Assembly (NCBI GenBank): GCA_013265495.1
Contig: MU057632.1
Span: 1 to 36,685, forward strand
DNA: 36,685 nucleotides
From: Vicugna vicugna
Lineage: Eukaryota
Direction: 5' to 3'
Made by a program: the position numbers and the translations under genes. Under the pieces are notes generated by a model. It searched no databases, was not told the origin of the DNA, and saw only the letters and a program-made list of their open reading frames with translations. This document shows positions 1-11,853 of the stretch, in pieces (position 1 is the first letter of the stretch; every line of letters starts with the position of its first letter).

Positions 1-107
1 GACTGGTCATGGAGTGGCGTGGAGCTTCAGGATGCTGAGGGCCTCATCCCCCAGAGAGCTCCCCCTGAAAACTCTTTCAACCTCCTTGCCCTTCAGTTTA
101 TTCCTGT

Positions 108-581
108 TGTCAACTGAAATAAAGTCACACAATTTGAGAGTTCTGGGTTAAGTCATATTGGCGGCAAAATGAAAGCTCTGAGAAACACTTCCAAAGAGGC
201 AAAGGGAAAACTCAGGGTCATACAGGATTTCAGCAAAGGGGGCACATGCAGTCAAGCACACACTCAGGCAGAAGCTGCTGCTGGTCACGAGGAGCAGATG
301 TCACCGTGAACGATTTTCATACTTTTCTAGATACGAGGAGATGTGAGACTTTGGACCATAAAATCTTCTCCTGAAAATACCTGTCTGAAGGCCTGTTCAG
401 CCAGTTTTCCGAGAGCACAGAGTGCCTCACTCCTGACCTCCATCCTGAACTCCTCTCACGGAGTGTCGGAGGTCAGCGGTGGCAGCGGCTCATGATTGAC
501 TCCAAGCAGAGTTAGCTGGCAAGTGCCAACCTGATCTGATCCTTGGAGAGGCAGGTGGCATGTGCCACTTTTTAGTTAGCA
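108..581 (-). mobile_element. Solo ERV1 LTR, MER41_BT-like (cetartiodactyl MER41 family)
   Basis: Begins TGTCAACTGAAA and ends TAGTTAGCA (TG...CA termini). Internal blocks such as 'gtcacgaggagcagatgtcacc', 'tttctagatacgaggagat' and 'gagcacagagtgcctca' match my recall of the MER41_BT consensus in reverse orientation. Possible 4-bp TSD ctgt (104-107) / cttt (582-585). Confidence 0.75.
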
Positions 582-844
582 CTTTCCACATGCCTCATAA
601 GCATCTGTGTGACAACAGGGGTCAGAAGGAGGCTGTTGTCAGCCCGGCCTTTCTGTGGTGACGCGTGGAGGTGCAGCGTCACCCAGGGTCTCCTCCACTG
701 GCAACGTTCTTGCATTGCCCTGCTAAGTCCCATGACAGATAAACTAAGGTTACTTTCCTATATCAAAGGGAAAATAAAGGGAGTGAACTTCAATTACTTT
801 TTAATGCTCTAAACACTATAATATATACTTTACAGGTGTTCTTC

Positions 845-975
845 CATTTCAAGTTTACACAGACCCTTTAAGGCAGTGATATTGCAATTTACAAATGGCA
901 AAACAGACTGATGTTAAGTGGCCCACCCACACCGTTAGTAAAGGGTAGAACTGGGATTTGAACCCCGGATCTCAG
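845..975 (-). mobile_element. MIR SINE fragment
   Basis: 'attttacaaatggcaaaacagac...gttaagtggcc...agtaaagggtagaactgggatttgaacccc' resembles the MIR core. Confidence 0.6.
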
Positions 976-1259
976 AGCACAAAAACAGGTGTAGCTGAAG
1001 AATCTTTTGTGTACCAGGTGTTCTGTGAGGTGAAGGGGCATTTACATTGATGGTTCCTGATCTCAAAGAGCCCATATCCAAATGGGGCAAATACAAGAAA
1101 ATCATTACAATGGAAAAAATAGTGGAGAATGTTTGAAGTTAAACATGAGCACATTCAAAATGGAAGCCTATTAAAAGGATAATTTGATGAATCAGGTTTC
1201 GGCCAGGAAAGCAAAGACATTTCAACATTTGGAAAGAATGTTTCATATTAAAAAATTAG

Positions 1260-2110
1260 GAAAGAAATGTACTATCACCTTGAGTGCCAAAAAGACATTT
1301 GATAAATTAAATATCTATTATCAATGTTTAAAAACTGATTAATAAAGGAATAAAAAAAGAAAGAATTGCAAATACTGGAAAACAAATAGTCTCGCTTACC
1401 CAGAAAATCCAAAGGAATTAACTAAACACTATTTGACATAACAAGAATAAATTAAAGGTAACTGGTAAACAAAAGGTACCTGGTACAAGATACATATACA
1501 AAAATGAACTCTTTCCTATACACTATCAATTCCAAATTTTAAAGAAAGTTATAGAAAAAGGTCCACGTGTTAACAGTTTACAAAATGATTGCATACCTGG
1601 GAATAAAGTCAGGAAATACACAAGCCCTGCATGAAACAAGAGGAAACGGCTGAAGGACAAGGATACAGTCCCATATCCCACTAGGGGGAGAGGCCACTAT
1701 TAGTGTCTTTCAGAGGCAACTGGAGAGCCCTTACCAAGATTAAAGATGCTCTTCAATCCAGCAAGTTTACTTCTGGGAATCTATTCTACTGAAATTCAGT
1801 CACACATGCAAAAGGATCTATTTGCAAAGGCGTTCATAGTATACATGTATGTAGTGTAAAATAATAAATAAAAATTGAAAGTAGTCAATGTCTACCAACA
1901 GGGAAACAGTTAAGTAAACCATGGCACACCCATACCATAAAATATCATATACCCAGAAAAAAAGAGACACATAGAAACTGACACAGGATGCCCGTGAGAC
2001 ATCATGAAGCGAAAGATGTTGCAAAATTGTGTGCATTCTCTTCATTACTGTACACATTTCCGTATTATGTGAATTTTTAAACTCATCTCTTGCTTTTATA
2101 ATTTAAAAAA
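1260..2110 (+). mobile_element. Ancient L1 (L1M-type) ORF2 and 3' fragments
   Basis: A-rich degenerate L1 motifs: 'catttgataaatt', 'acccagaaaatccaaagga', 'ttcctatacactatcaat', 'ccagcaagtttacttctgggaatctat', 'aatgtctaccaacaggg'. Boundaries approximate. Confidence 0.65.
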
Positions 2111-2199
2111 GATCCTACAACTCACTGTACACTTGATAAACAAACAGGAATATGAACCAAGTACACTGACCGCCCAGAAAGGAAGTGTCCCACTTTCCC

Positions 2200-2900
2200 A
2201 GAGGGAGCTGGGCTCAGGTATCACTTGTGAGCCCTGTGCCATGAAGGGTCAAGAGGACCTTTCCCAGTAAAGAATGGCTGTGCAGTGCTCCACACAGAGA
2301 ACAGCCCTGGCCGACACTAGGAGAGTGGAAGGAATGGTGCGTCCAGGAAAACTAGACAAACCAGTGCAGGGAAGCCTCCGGTGCCTGGGAGGACACGTGG
2401 AGAAGAGACCAGGGAGGTGGCTGAGGGCTCAGCTGTGAAGCCCCTGAGCTCACAGCCTCAGAGAGTTACGTTTCCTTCAGCCACAGCAGGGACACAGAGA
2501 GCAGTTTTAAGTACGCAAATAGCGTAAGTTCTGGAAGAAGACCATGCTAACAGCAGGGGAGATGTACTGAATACAATGGAGGAGGGAAGTTTGAAGGGGA
2601 AAGAGAGGGATTTAGAAAAGAAAGAAAAGAAGTCAAATTTGTGGTACCTCACACAATGACAGGGGAAGATTTGGGAAAAGTACTCTTTTAAAGTGGATCT
2701 GGGTCATGTAATACAGCTTAGAAATGTGAACCATGCATCAGAAACGCAGAGACTCGGGCAAATTAGGAGGCGAGGTGGGTTTGAGAGGGCCGCCGGAGAT
2801 GGGGGTGACAAGCAACTGCCCCAAAGTGTCACATGCACATGATTGCCTTCAGGATACAAGTAACGGGGAGATCATTAACATGGATGAGACTGTTCAGGTC
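2200..2900 (-). mobile_element. Degenerate L2 LINE fragments
   Basis: Purine-rich tract with L2-like phrases ('gagagcagttttaagtacgcaaatag', 'gattgccttcaggatacaagtaacggggagatcattaacatggatgagac'). Boundaries approximate. Confidence 0.4.
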
Positions 2901-4070
2901 TCAAAATCCGAAGTTTGAAAGCAATTTGCAACCTCTTCCCCAGCAAGAAAACATGAAGCAACTATCATGTTTCTAGTGTCTGCAACATTACTGTAAGTAG
3001 CACAAGCCCAGGAAGTTGCGTAACAATGACTGCAGAACGAGGTGAAATAACCTGAAACACAGCACCATCGTTTGTGGGGCAACACATAGTCACTAACCTA
3101 ACAGGTATTTACCCTGTTTTTAAATTACTGTGCCAATTCCTGGTGTACAGCATCATGTTTCAGTTACACATAAACCTACATACATTTGTTTCCGTATTCT
3201 TTCTCATTGTAGGTCCACATGCGTTTATCTTGCTTCTCTGATGCCCAGGTACTGTGCTGGGGGCAGGGGCTGGGGGAAAAGAAGGAGAGGGCACAGGCCC
3301 TGTGATGAGGGTCTTTGCTGCTAATGAACGAACCCACACACACTAGAGAACGGGAGGGAGCAGCTGCCAAGCTGGCTGAGGACACTCATACGGGGAGTCT
3401 GGAAAACAGTGAGCCCTGAGCCAGCAGGGGACAGCTCAGTCAAGGAGAGGCAAGGAGAAGCCGGCATCAGAGGGACAGCAGCGAGGGAAGGGGGGAGGAC
3501 TGGAAGGGCATCTGGGTCCCCCTCACCTCCACCCCCAGCTGTGACCCTCTTACCTTAGGGGCCACACGGGTTTGTGTCAGTATCGCCAGTGGTGAGCACA
3601 GTGTCATCCATGGAGGCCCTGGGCCATGTCAGCTTGAGGCTGACTGGATGATGAATGAGGGGGAGGTAGAAAACTGCACAACCAGCTTCTGAGGCTGACA
3701 CTAAATGTCAACACCTACTGAGCACTTGCTGTATGTGGAGAGCTCGACAGGCATTGCTGCCTTGACTATTGCCCACAGCTATTTGAGGTAAGAAGCCCCA
3801 GCACCCTCCTGTGACAGAGGAAAGTCCCCGGGCTCAAGAGATGAGCAGGCAGATACACTGTGAAATGTTGGAAAGAGACACCAAGGTGTTTCAGGAAAGT
3901 GAGGACTACAGAGCACCCAGTCTTCAACCCACAGTAGGATTCAAGTTGCTCTCAGGATTCAAAATGGCCACCATCAGGGTTGGTTTTAAATTATCAATTA
4001 GGATTTCTTATGTGAACCATCAGTTTTTAAGAAGCACAGCAGGACAGAATCTTGTTACTTGTTTTACAAC

Positions 4071-4096
4071 TGTGTGTGTGCGCGCGCACACACACA
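4071..4096. repeat. Compound (TG)5(CG)3(CA)5 microsatellite, perfect 26-bp palindrome
   Basis: TGTGTGTGTG CGCGCG CACACACACA equals its own reverse complement. Confidence 0.95.
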
Positions 4097-6569
4097 ATCT
4101 CCCTTTCCGAGTTCAGCGTTACCCATACAACTCTCATGCACAAGAAATGAGCCCCACACAGAAATTTCCCCCAAGAACGTTTTCTACGCATGTCCAAAGC
4201 TGTCTTATCATTCATTAAAGTGAGAATGAAAATGATTGTTTTACCCACAATGCATTTCCCAGTAAAAACAAACCAGTCGATTTTGCCATCAAAGACTCAC
4301 AGACTGAAGCACAAGCAGCTCCGCTGAACAAGGTCGGCGACCCCCAAACAGCCACGTCTGCAGTTTCCCACGTCTCAGCCCTCACTCTGACACCTCCAAA
4401 CACTACTAGTGCTGACAGAATTGCCCTGAAGACGTTAGCAGTATCTCCCGACTCTTGAAACACAGACAGAGCGAGCTCTAATACCATCTCTGTGCTCAGT
4501 TCTCCTGAGCTGTAGGTTCTTCTATCAAATTTATTTGGTCCAGGTCTTGGGGGAGAAAAAGCTTTTCATTCTATTTTTTAAATCTATGCATATTTTCCAA
4601 GGACTCTTTAACTGAGTCGAGCCTCACCCCTCATTAAAAAAGAAAAGAAAATCGAGCATACCGACCTTTCCTAGAAGAAACCAATAAAGCTTCTTTTCAG
4701 TGGGACTCTGCCCAGAGGCAGCACCTGGCAGCAGGTCTCATGGTGAAGTGCTGGCAAGAGTGGTGCTGTGGCCAACTTCCCATCCATGGGGAGAGTTTTT
4801 TCCAGCTCCATCTATGGAAGCCGGTTGACCTGGGGGCACTTTCATCCTACTAGACTACTTCTCACTACCTAATCACTTCTGGTCCCGGCCACTTCAACTC
4901 TGAACTGCAATTACCACTTCTACATAAAACTCAGGATGTGAAAACCTGCGTTGCCATCCTGCAACATTGTACTGAGAAAGAATGGAGTTAACACTGCTTT
5001 GGAAAGTGTACTAAGTTAAATAAACACAAGGTGGGTAGGCAGCAGTCACAGCACAGCCACAGCACCAGCCACAGCAGCCGTGGTAAAAGCATCACCACAG
5101 GTTAGTTCTGGTCTCCACAGAAGACAAATGAGACACTCCACTGTTCTCAGGCATCTTCCTGCCAAATAAAAATACCTAAATGAAGCTTAAAGGACTGCAG
5201 CACATCCAGAATTAGCTCAGTAAAAGTGCTGAGGGTTTGATCTTTGTTTCTTCTGCTTTGCTACACAGAGGAGGGCAGCTATTATTAACTCTAATAACAG
5301 CAGCTGTTAAATTTTTGTTCGGTAACAAACGTATTTTGGGGCTCCTATTTCAGTTTCTGGTGTGGGTGAAGAAGGTGAGGGTGGCAGGGGATCAGCTTCC
5401 TCTACTGCACAGTAACATATGTCCGCACTAACACATCGTTCTGATGAGTCAGCGCAAACACTTTAGGATGAGCAACGTGGGAATAAAGGGAAGACATCCT
5501 GCACCAGGCGTCAATTCTCATACCCCCCGGGTGCCCAAGGACAGGAATCACACACTCAGCAGCCCAAGAAAATGCAAACAGCACAAGACAGCAACATAGA
5601 CAGACAGCAAGCTCTTTTGTTCAAAAACCAAAGTGACAATTCCATTCAGCTTTACAGAAACCTGCAACTGTGCAGGCAGGTCCTGCAGGCGGTTGCAATT
5701 ATCCAGGTCACCTCAGTTGTAGTTATTCCTCCCCCGGAGGCAGAACTCTAATAAAGATGGCCATTCCTATTTCTTTACCAAAAGAAATTCCACTCACAGT
5801 ATTGTCCATATCCTTTGGAAGGAAATAGACTGAAAATTGCCCTTTTATTAGACAGAAATGCAAAGCGAGGTGCAGAGGAAGGAAACAGAATAATGCATCT
5901 AACATGACTGACCATGATGTGTCCAATAACATTTAGAAACCAGACGGGAAGAAACATACTCAGAGCACCATGAATCAGAAAGAAAACAAAAAGCAAGCAA
6001 GCAACTTCCTGAATCTGATCATCTAAGTGAACTGACAATGTAATAGAAAAAACCAAATCTGACTCCATATCACATCTCTTCCTTTGATGTGTTGTTTCCT
6101 AGGGTCAGGCTTGCTGGTTCTGCACCTTCTGTGAAACAGTGTTGCCTTTAGCCTGAAATAGACAGGAGGGCCTATTCTCAGGGCTCTGACCTCTAAGGAT
6201 ATTAACACTTTTGCACTCCTACAAAGATAAGTTGCAGAATAGAAAACAACATTTGTTTTGTTGGAGATTTACTGGGACACCATGATCTGACCCACATGGA
6301 CAGCGCAAGAAGAAAGGAGTCCAAAAACAAAGAATTCCTACACCAAGAAGTTTGCAACACCAAGCATTCCTCCTTCCTGTTTTTAGTATAAAATGGACCT
6401 GAATTCTGACTTGGAGAAGATGGTTCTCCAGCACATTAGTCTGCCATCTTCTCCATCTGCCAGCTTTCCAAATAAAGTTGCTGTTCCTTGCCCCAACACC
6501 TCGTCTCCTGATTTACTGGACTGTCGTGCAGTGAGCTGAACCAGTTTAGACTCAATAACCGTAACAACC

Positions 6570-6900
6570 AATATAATTAATGGGCAAATATTGAAAGAGT
6601 TTTCTCTGTAACCGGAACCAGATGCTAGTTTTCACCTCTTCTACTCAATACTGTACTGAAGACAGTCAGGATAATAATGCAGTAACAACAAAAACAAAAT
6701 TGGAGACATAAAGATCCAATTTTAAGCAAGAAAACTGTCACTGTACATGCATGGCATTATTATCTGCATGGAAAATCCACCATAATGCAAAGACATTTAC
6801 AATTAGTAAATGAATTAAGGCATGGTTACTGGATCAAGGATCAGTATGTAATATCAACTGGATTATTCTGCATGAGCCAGAAAAAGAAAATAAAATTAAC
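6570..6900 (+). mobile_element. Ancient L1 ORF2 fragment
   Basis: 'aatgggcaaatattgaaagagttttctctgtaac', 'cacctcttctactcaatactgtactgaag', 'tatctgcatggaaaatcc', 'aatgaattaaggcatggttactggat'. Confidence 0.6.
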
Positions 6901-7510
6901 CTGCAAACATCAGACCAGGAAATGAGTAAATGCAGGAGAAAAGAACCAATAAAACATTAACTTATACCAAATTAAAAACAATTTTTCAGGCCTTGAGGGG
7001 CCTGGCCTGGCCACCCTGAAGGGGCCGTGAGGTCTCCCCAGCCAGGCTGGGTCCAGCCTGGGCTTGCAGGGTGCTGTGCGCAGGCTGGCTAGGGCCCAAC
7101 ATCGGCCTCCCTGTGCAACTGGTGCTCACACCACGCTGGCCCTGGTCAGCAGGCGTCCAGCACCTCTGAGCCCAAGGCCCCAGTTCATTGAAATTTTAAA
7201 AATAAGTCTTTAAATCAATGCAACTAAGCTGGTGGAGGGTCCCGCGCCTAGGACTTCCAGCGGGGGCTCCAGGTCTCCTGCCTTAGCCTGGGCCCTCACT
7301 GCTACACATAGCACAGGCCCTCATCACCACCCCCAAACGGGGGAGGATTCTGATTGGCCAGGTCAGAGAAAGTCATATAAAATGTAACTGTCACACAAGA
7401 GTCAAGAAGTCAACTGTCATCACAGCACTTCCTAAAGAAGAAAGCTTCATTTCACCCTCCAATCAGGCAAGAGGTTACAAAATGCTCAGATGAATGAGTA
7501 TCAAACTCAC

Positions 7511-7691
7511 ACATTCGTTGATCAGGTCACCAACGGTGGGAGAAAAAAATGATCCTGTACTGATGAACTGGCCCATCAGTGTAATCCCTGATCCTGTACT
7601 GATGAACTGGCCCATCAGTGTGATCCCAGGCTAGAGAGGCTGTTGGTTGTCTCCCCAAAGACGCTTAGATTCCTCCATCCACTTCATGTTC
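7511..7691 (-). pseudogene. COL12A1: COL12A1 pseudo-exon F (181 nt, containing a 39-bp duplication)
   Basis: atttatttag acceptor and gtgagt donor. Reads T*SGWRNLSVFGETTNSLS/-2/AWDHTDGPVHQYRI[RDYTDGPVHQYRI]I/+1/SPTVGDLINEC. Length 143+39-2+1=181. Confidence 0.92.
7550..7627. repeat. Tandem duplication 2 x 39 bp
   Basis: tgatcctgtactgatgaactggcccatcagtgt(a/g)atccc at 7550-7588 and 7589-7627, one mismatch. Confidence 0.97.
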
Positions 7692-8315
7692 CTAAATAAA
7701 TCAACACAATAGAGTTAGTGGCCTATCTGTGAACAGGTGGACATGGAGGTGGTGGGAGGAGTATAAAAGAACTGTAACCAGGTGAGAGTAACCGTACCCA
7801 GGGATTTCACCACTCTCTGGGGTGTTTCCTCACTTGTGATAAAATTCCCACCTCCTATCTTTCTCATCAGGACCCGTAAACAGTAGAAAGTGCTCCATTC
7901 AAAGCTATGGTTACGTGCTGAACTTCCCAAGACACAGACTAGGTTGGAACCTAAATGTACAGACTGGGAGACAAAGGGATTTCAATTACTCTTTCTGTTG
8001 AATGAAAGAGAGAGACCGAGCCCTCATGTTTCAAAAGTGCCCAGTTGGTGAGGAGACCCACCACAGGGCAGAAGAAGGGGAGGAACCTCTCCTTAACTCA
8101 GACCCCAGATGAGAAAATGGCCCAATGACACTCACTCAGCCCAGACGGACTTCAGCCTGAATGTGAATGTGGGGAACCCAGCAGAAGTGGGCGCCAGGCC
8201 TCCCTCACCCACGCAAGGTGGAGGCAGTGCTCAGCACCCCTCCCCCTCACCACCCACCTGTCCACCCTTCCACACTGAGTCACAAAGGAACTGGTGGGAA
8301 GGGTTTCAGCCTCAT

Positions 8316-8445
8316 GTGTTCGGCCCTGGGTGGGACTGGGATTCCCCTCTCCATCTGAGTGGAGAGCAATGATGTTCACAGACTCTGCTGTGTCTGGAAT
8401 CAGCCACTCCAAGTGCCCCGTGGGGGTGTTTCCTGGAACCACAAT
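8316..8445 (-). pseudogene. COL12A1: COL12A1 pseudo-exon E (130 nt)
   Basis: tcctcccctccag acceptor. Open frame [43 protein letters not shown] (visible in ORF 8152..8526). Donor reads atgagg (GT>AT at a C|GT CpG). Confidence 0.93.
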
Positions 8446-9492
8446 CTGGAGGGGAGGACATGATAAATTCTGTCTGACAACGACCCAAATGCTTACTGAG
8501 TCCTTTACTATGCAGCATAATGACACTTATACTGAAGGGCTCAGCCCAGACACAGCAGAAGCCAGCCTTTGTGCTACCTATGACATCTGCCCAGCCCACA
8601 GTGTTAGATGCAATTTAACCTCAGAAATTCCCTCTCCACTAAATGTTGAGTTCACATTTGCCCCTTAGCAACTTCAACAACCTCCCATTTAGGTTCCTTG
8701 GGAAGGTTCTCAAATACAACATCCAGGACTTTCGATAGTGACCCCAAAGCATCCTGAAGGTTAGAGACACATAAGATACACTTGTGAGGGAGAGATTTCT
8801 ATTTAAAATAGAGAGCTACTCCACGCGATGGGTAAGGGCAGTGTTGTCTGAACACGTCCGGCCACACACAAGGATGCAAATCAACATGCGGACAGGCTCA
8901 ACATTTATTTACCTTTGTTCATGGTCCCTGATACTTTGGAAAAGTCTTGTAAATTTACTTTCCCTCAGGTGTTCCAATATTGTCCCTAGTCAAATTAGTA
9001 ATCTCTGATCTCTTTGTTATTAACGTACTTAGAAAACTGAGTAGTACTAAGATAGATTGGGAAATCTGTCAAGAGCCAAGAAGGCAAACTTCGAGGTAGG
9101 TTCCTAACAAAGACGTGTGTGTTACAATAAAAGCCATACTGACAAGGTCTGTCAATGACTTGCATTCACTACTGGGGTTTTTTAACTCACATAGCTAATT
9201 TGCATTTTTCCCAAATTCATTTTTGCTAGCTAACCCTACAGTTAATACACCTATGATTTAATTCATCAAAAGCAATCACTTAAGTGTTGTACACAAGCAT
9301 GTTTGTAGCCTGCATTCTCACAGGCTGCCAAGCAGGACACAAACATGAGACTAAGTTCATCAGGAAATGAGTGTGCACATGACCCAATGCCACACCAACT
9401 CTTCTACTGCCCTGCGCCAGCAACTACAGCAGGAGGCTCCATAAAATCTACAAAATCCTTCTGCAGAACTCTAAGATGACAACAGTACTTAC

Positions 9493-9632
9493 AGGTTCTG
9501 GGGGCCTCGTGCCAGCCACAGGAGGACACACAACGCGGTACTGCCGCACTGGCCCGGGGCAGGGTCCCAGCAAACGTCCAGGCTGTTTGGCGTTGGACTG
9601 TAAACTTGGACCTCTCTGGCCTCCTCTCACTA
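9493..9632 (-). pseudogene. COL12A1: COL12A1 pseudo-exon D (140 nt; 143 expected)
   Basis: ttttctctcctcag acceptor and gtaagt donor intact. Reads VRG/-2/[21 protein letters not shown]/-1/[21 protein letters not shown]. Confidence 0.92.
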
Positions 9633-10848
9633 CTGAGGAGAGAAAAGCCAACACAAATTTCTTACATCTATTTATACATGTCAAGCTTTTCTTACCACTT
9701 CTCCCGAATTTCAACTTCCACTCCAGGAGGACAAAATAATGACCGCCTTAAACTGAATTATCTACACACAAAAGAAGATGAAAACTCTCCAAACCCACAT
9801 TTAGCCAAACTCAGCCAACCAGGGCCTTGGTCTCTACAGAAGCTAAGTTGGTGCCAATAAAAACAAAGAAGGAAAGTACCAGTACCGGGTTGGCTGTGAA
9901 AGGACGAGGGACGAGGGCGAGGGCAAGAAACTGGAAAAGCAGCTTGTTTTCCAGCACAGGTCACGGAGAGAGAGACAAAAGGATTCTACCATCTCTGCCC
10001 CTAAGTGAAAACTCACAGCACTGAGGATGCCCATCTAACTCCGGCAGCTAGGTTACTAGTTTCAGTCATTTCTTCTCATTCAACAAATAGATACTAAATG
10101 TCTTCTGTGATTCAGAGAAATGGCAAACGTAGGGAGAAATCAAAGATACACTCAGTTCTCAACTGACCCAATAGAGACTTAGAAAACCATGCAAATTAAA
10201 TCCATGTATTAAAACTAAACTCCAGTTTAGCCAATAATATCATCTTTCTAGATCACTAATCTTCTGCCAAAAGAAGTCATCCACACTTGCTTTCTTTTAG
10301 CCATCAGCACATACATTTTTAAGCCAAAAAAAATTTATAGGTATGCACCAAAATCTTTAAACAATACCACAAAGAACTGTAAAGCCACTATAAACTGTTT
10401 TCTCAAGATGTTAACAGCAAAGGAAAGCACAGATTTTCAACACCGAAAAGCACTTCATCAGCAAACCAGAGACATGTGCAATCAAGTAACATGATGGACA
10501 GATTTCAACTGACACCGAAAGCCACTGCTTTGACAACACACTGCTTCACACGGATTTACCAAGCACACAGCAAAGCTCATGAGCTTTTGTCGATGAAAGA
10601 GAATACTATTAACTGTACACACACTTGTAAACCCTGAAGTTACCATTTCAGAGGAAAAAAGTCATTATCAACTTTTTATTTCATACACGAAAATGTTAAC
10701 AGTTGGTGGGGTTTGGGAGGTAAACTACGGGTAATTGTGACATTTTTATTCCATCATTATGAATTCTCCAAACTTTCTTAAATGGGCCTATTTTGCCTTT
10801 ATACTGAAAAGCAAAATGCATCATGAAAAAGCTAAATTTCTTACTTCC

Positions 10849-10978
10849 TTGTCCTTCCAGTCTCTGCTGTATGCCCTCCATTGCCTTCAGGATACACAGG
10901 AACCACAGTAACAGAGTATGGGGTATCCGGCTGCAGATTCCTAAGAATGGCATCATTGGGATTCCCAGGGATTGGCAC
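10849..10978 (-). pseudogene. COL12A1: COL12A1 pseudo-exon C (130 nt)
   Basis: atctttag acceptor. Open frame [43 protein letters not shown]. Donor reads ggaagt (GT>GG), with a gtaag 4 nt downstream. Confidence 0.93.
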
Positions 10979-11400
10979 CTAAAGATTTTAATAAACCGTG
11001 AAGTACTTGATTTGAAAAACTGGTAGAAGAAATAGTACTTCAAACAATAAAATACTCAAAATATTAACTCAAGACCAAGTTAAGAAGCAGATTCTGTAAC
11101 ACTGGGACCTAAGGATGTGCCCCCATACCAACTGTTGTAAGAGTTGATGAAGACTTCTCTGCACACGCCCTAAGGCCCCTTCTTGAAAAGTCCCTGAAAC
11201 GATTTGATCCCCCAGCCCCAATCCCCTGAAAGCCCCCACCACCCAGGCTCTAAGGCACCAACCGACCACCTCTCTCAAGTTCTACTAAAGCAGCATGAAC
11301 TTCTTAAGTGCTAAGCTAAGTTAGTTAGTTAACTCTTGGTCTCCACTTTGCAATCTACAGTTCAAACTAACATGCACTTTTCCCTACAGGAAATAGTGAG

Positions 11401-11540
11401 CGGTTCCTCCACACCACCTGTTGTGGGTGCATAGAAGAGCTTGTACTGACCAGGATTTCCCTACATGTCGTCCCAGGGAATGTTCAAAGTGCTGGTGGCA
11501 GGGTCAAACACTCTGAGGTTCCTCACGGTCGTCAAAGGTT
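11401..11540 (-). pseudogene. COL12A1: COL12A1 pseudo-exon B (140 nt)
   Basis: ctttctctgcctttcag acceptor. Reads [45 protein letters not shown]. TAG at 11461-11463. The donor position reads ctcact instead of gtgag. Confidence 0.93.
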
Positions 11541-11853
11541 CTGAAAGGCAGAGAAAGCACATCACGCGTGACCCAAAGAACCCAGCACACGCAAAGCACA
11601 GGTTTACTGATAGGTCCCGAGAACCCTACAGCAGGACCCCTGTAGTAGGCACCCCACGAATATCTGTTGAAGTAGTGAATAAAGGAAAAAATGTCTGTGA
11701 TCATCTGGTACATGTCTCAACTCTCCACAAGGTATTTGGGCCCCAGAGCATTGTTTGTTTGTTTGTGTTATTCTAGAAAGCAATAAACACCTTTCTCCAA
11801 GACCAGAGACAAGTAACTCCAGCTAAGGACATTAAAAACAATGAAGATTGTGT

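Noticed and set aside
5441..5470. Hammerhead ribozyme core CTGATGAG (also at ~14966 and 7560)
   Set aside because: No stem II closed by GAAA and no matching stems I/III; the 7560 motif is antisense COL12A1 coding sequence.
6383..6571. Next COL12A1 exon (ADGEDGRLM resembles EDGDGGHLT)
   Set aside because: The rest of the peptide does not fit FNIII and there are no appropriate splice sites; aagatggcagactaa looks more like an old L1 5' end.
7550..7627. CRISPR-like repeat or C/D snoRNA
   Set aside because: Two abutting units with no spacer in eukaryotic DNA, fully explained as a duplication within a COL12A1 exon.
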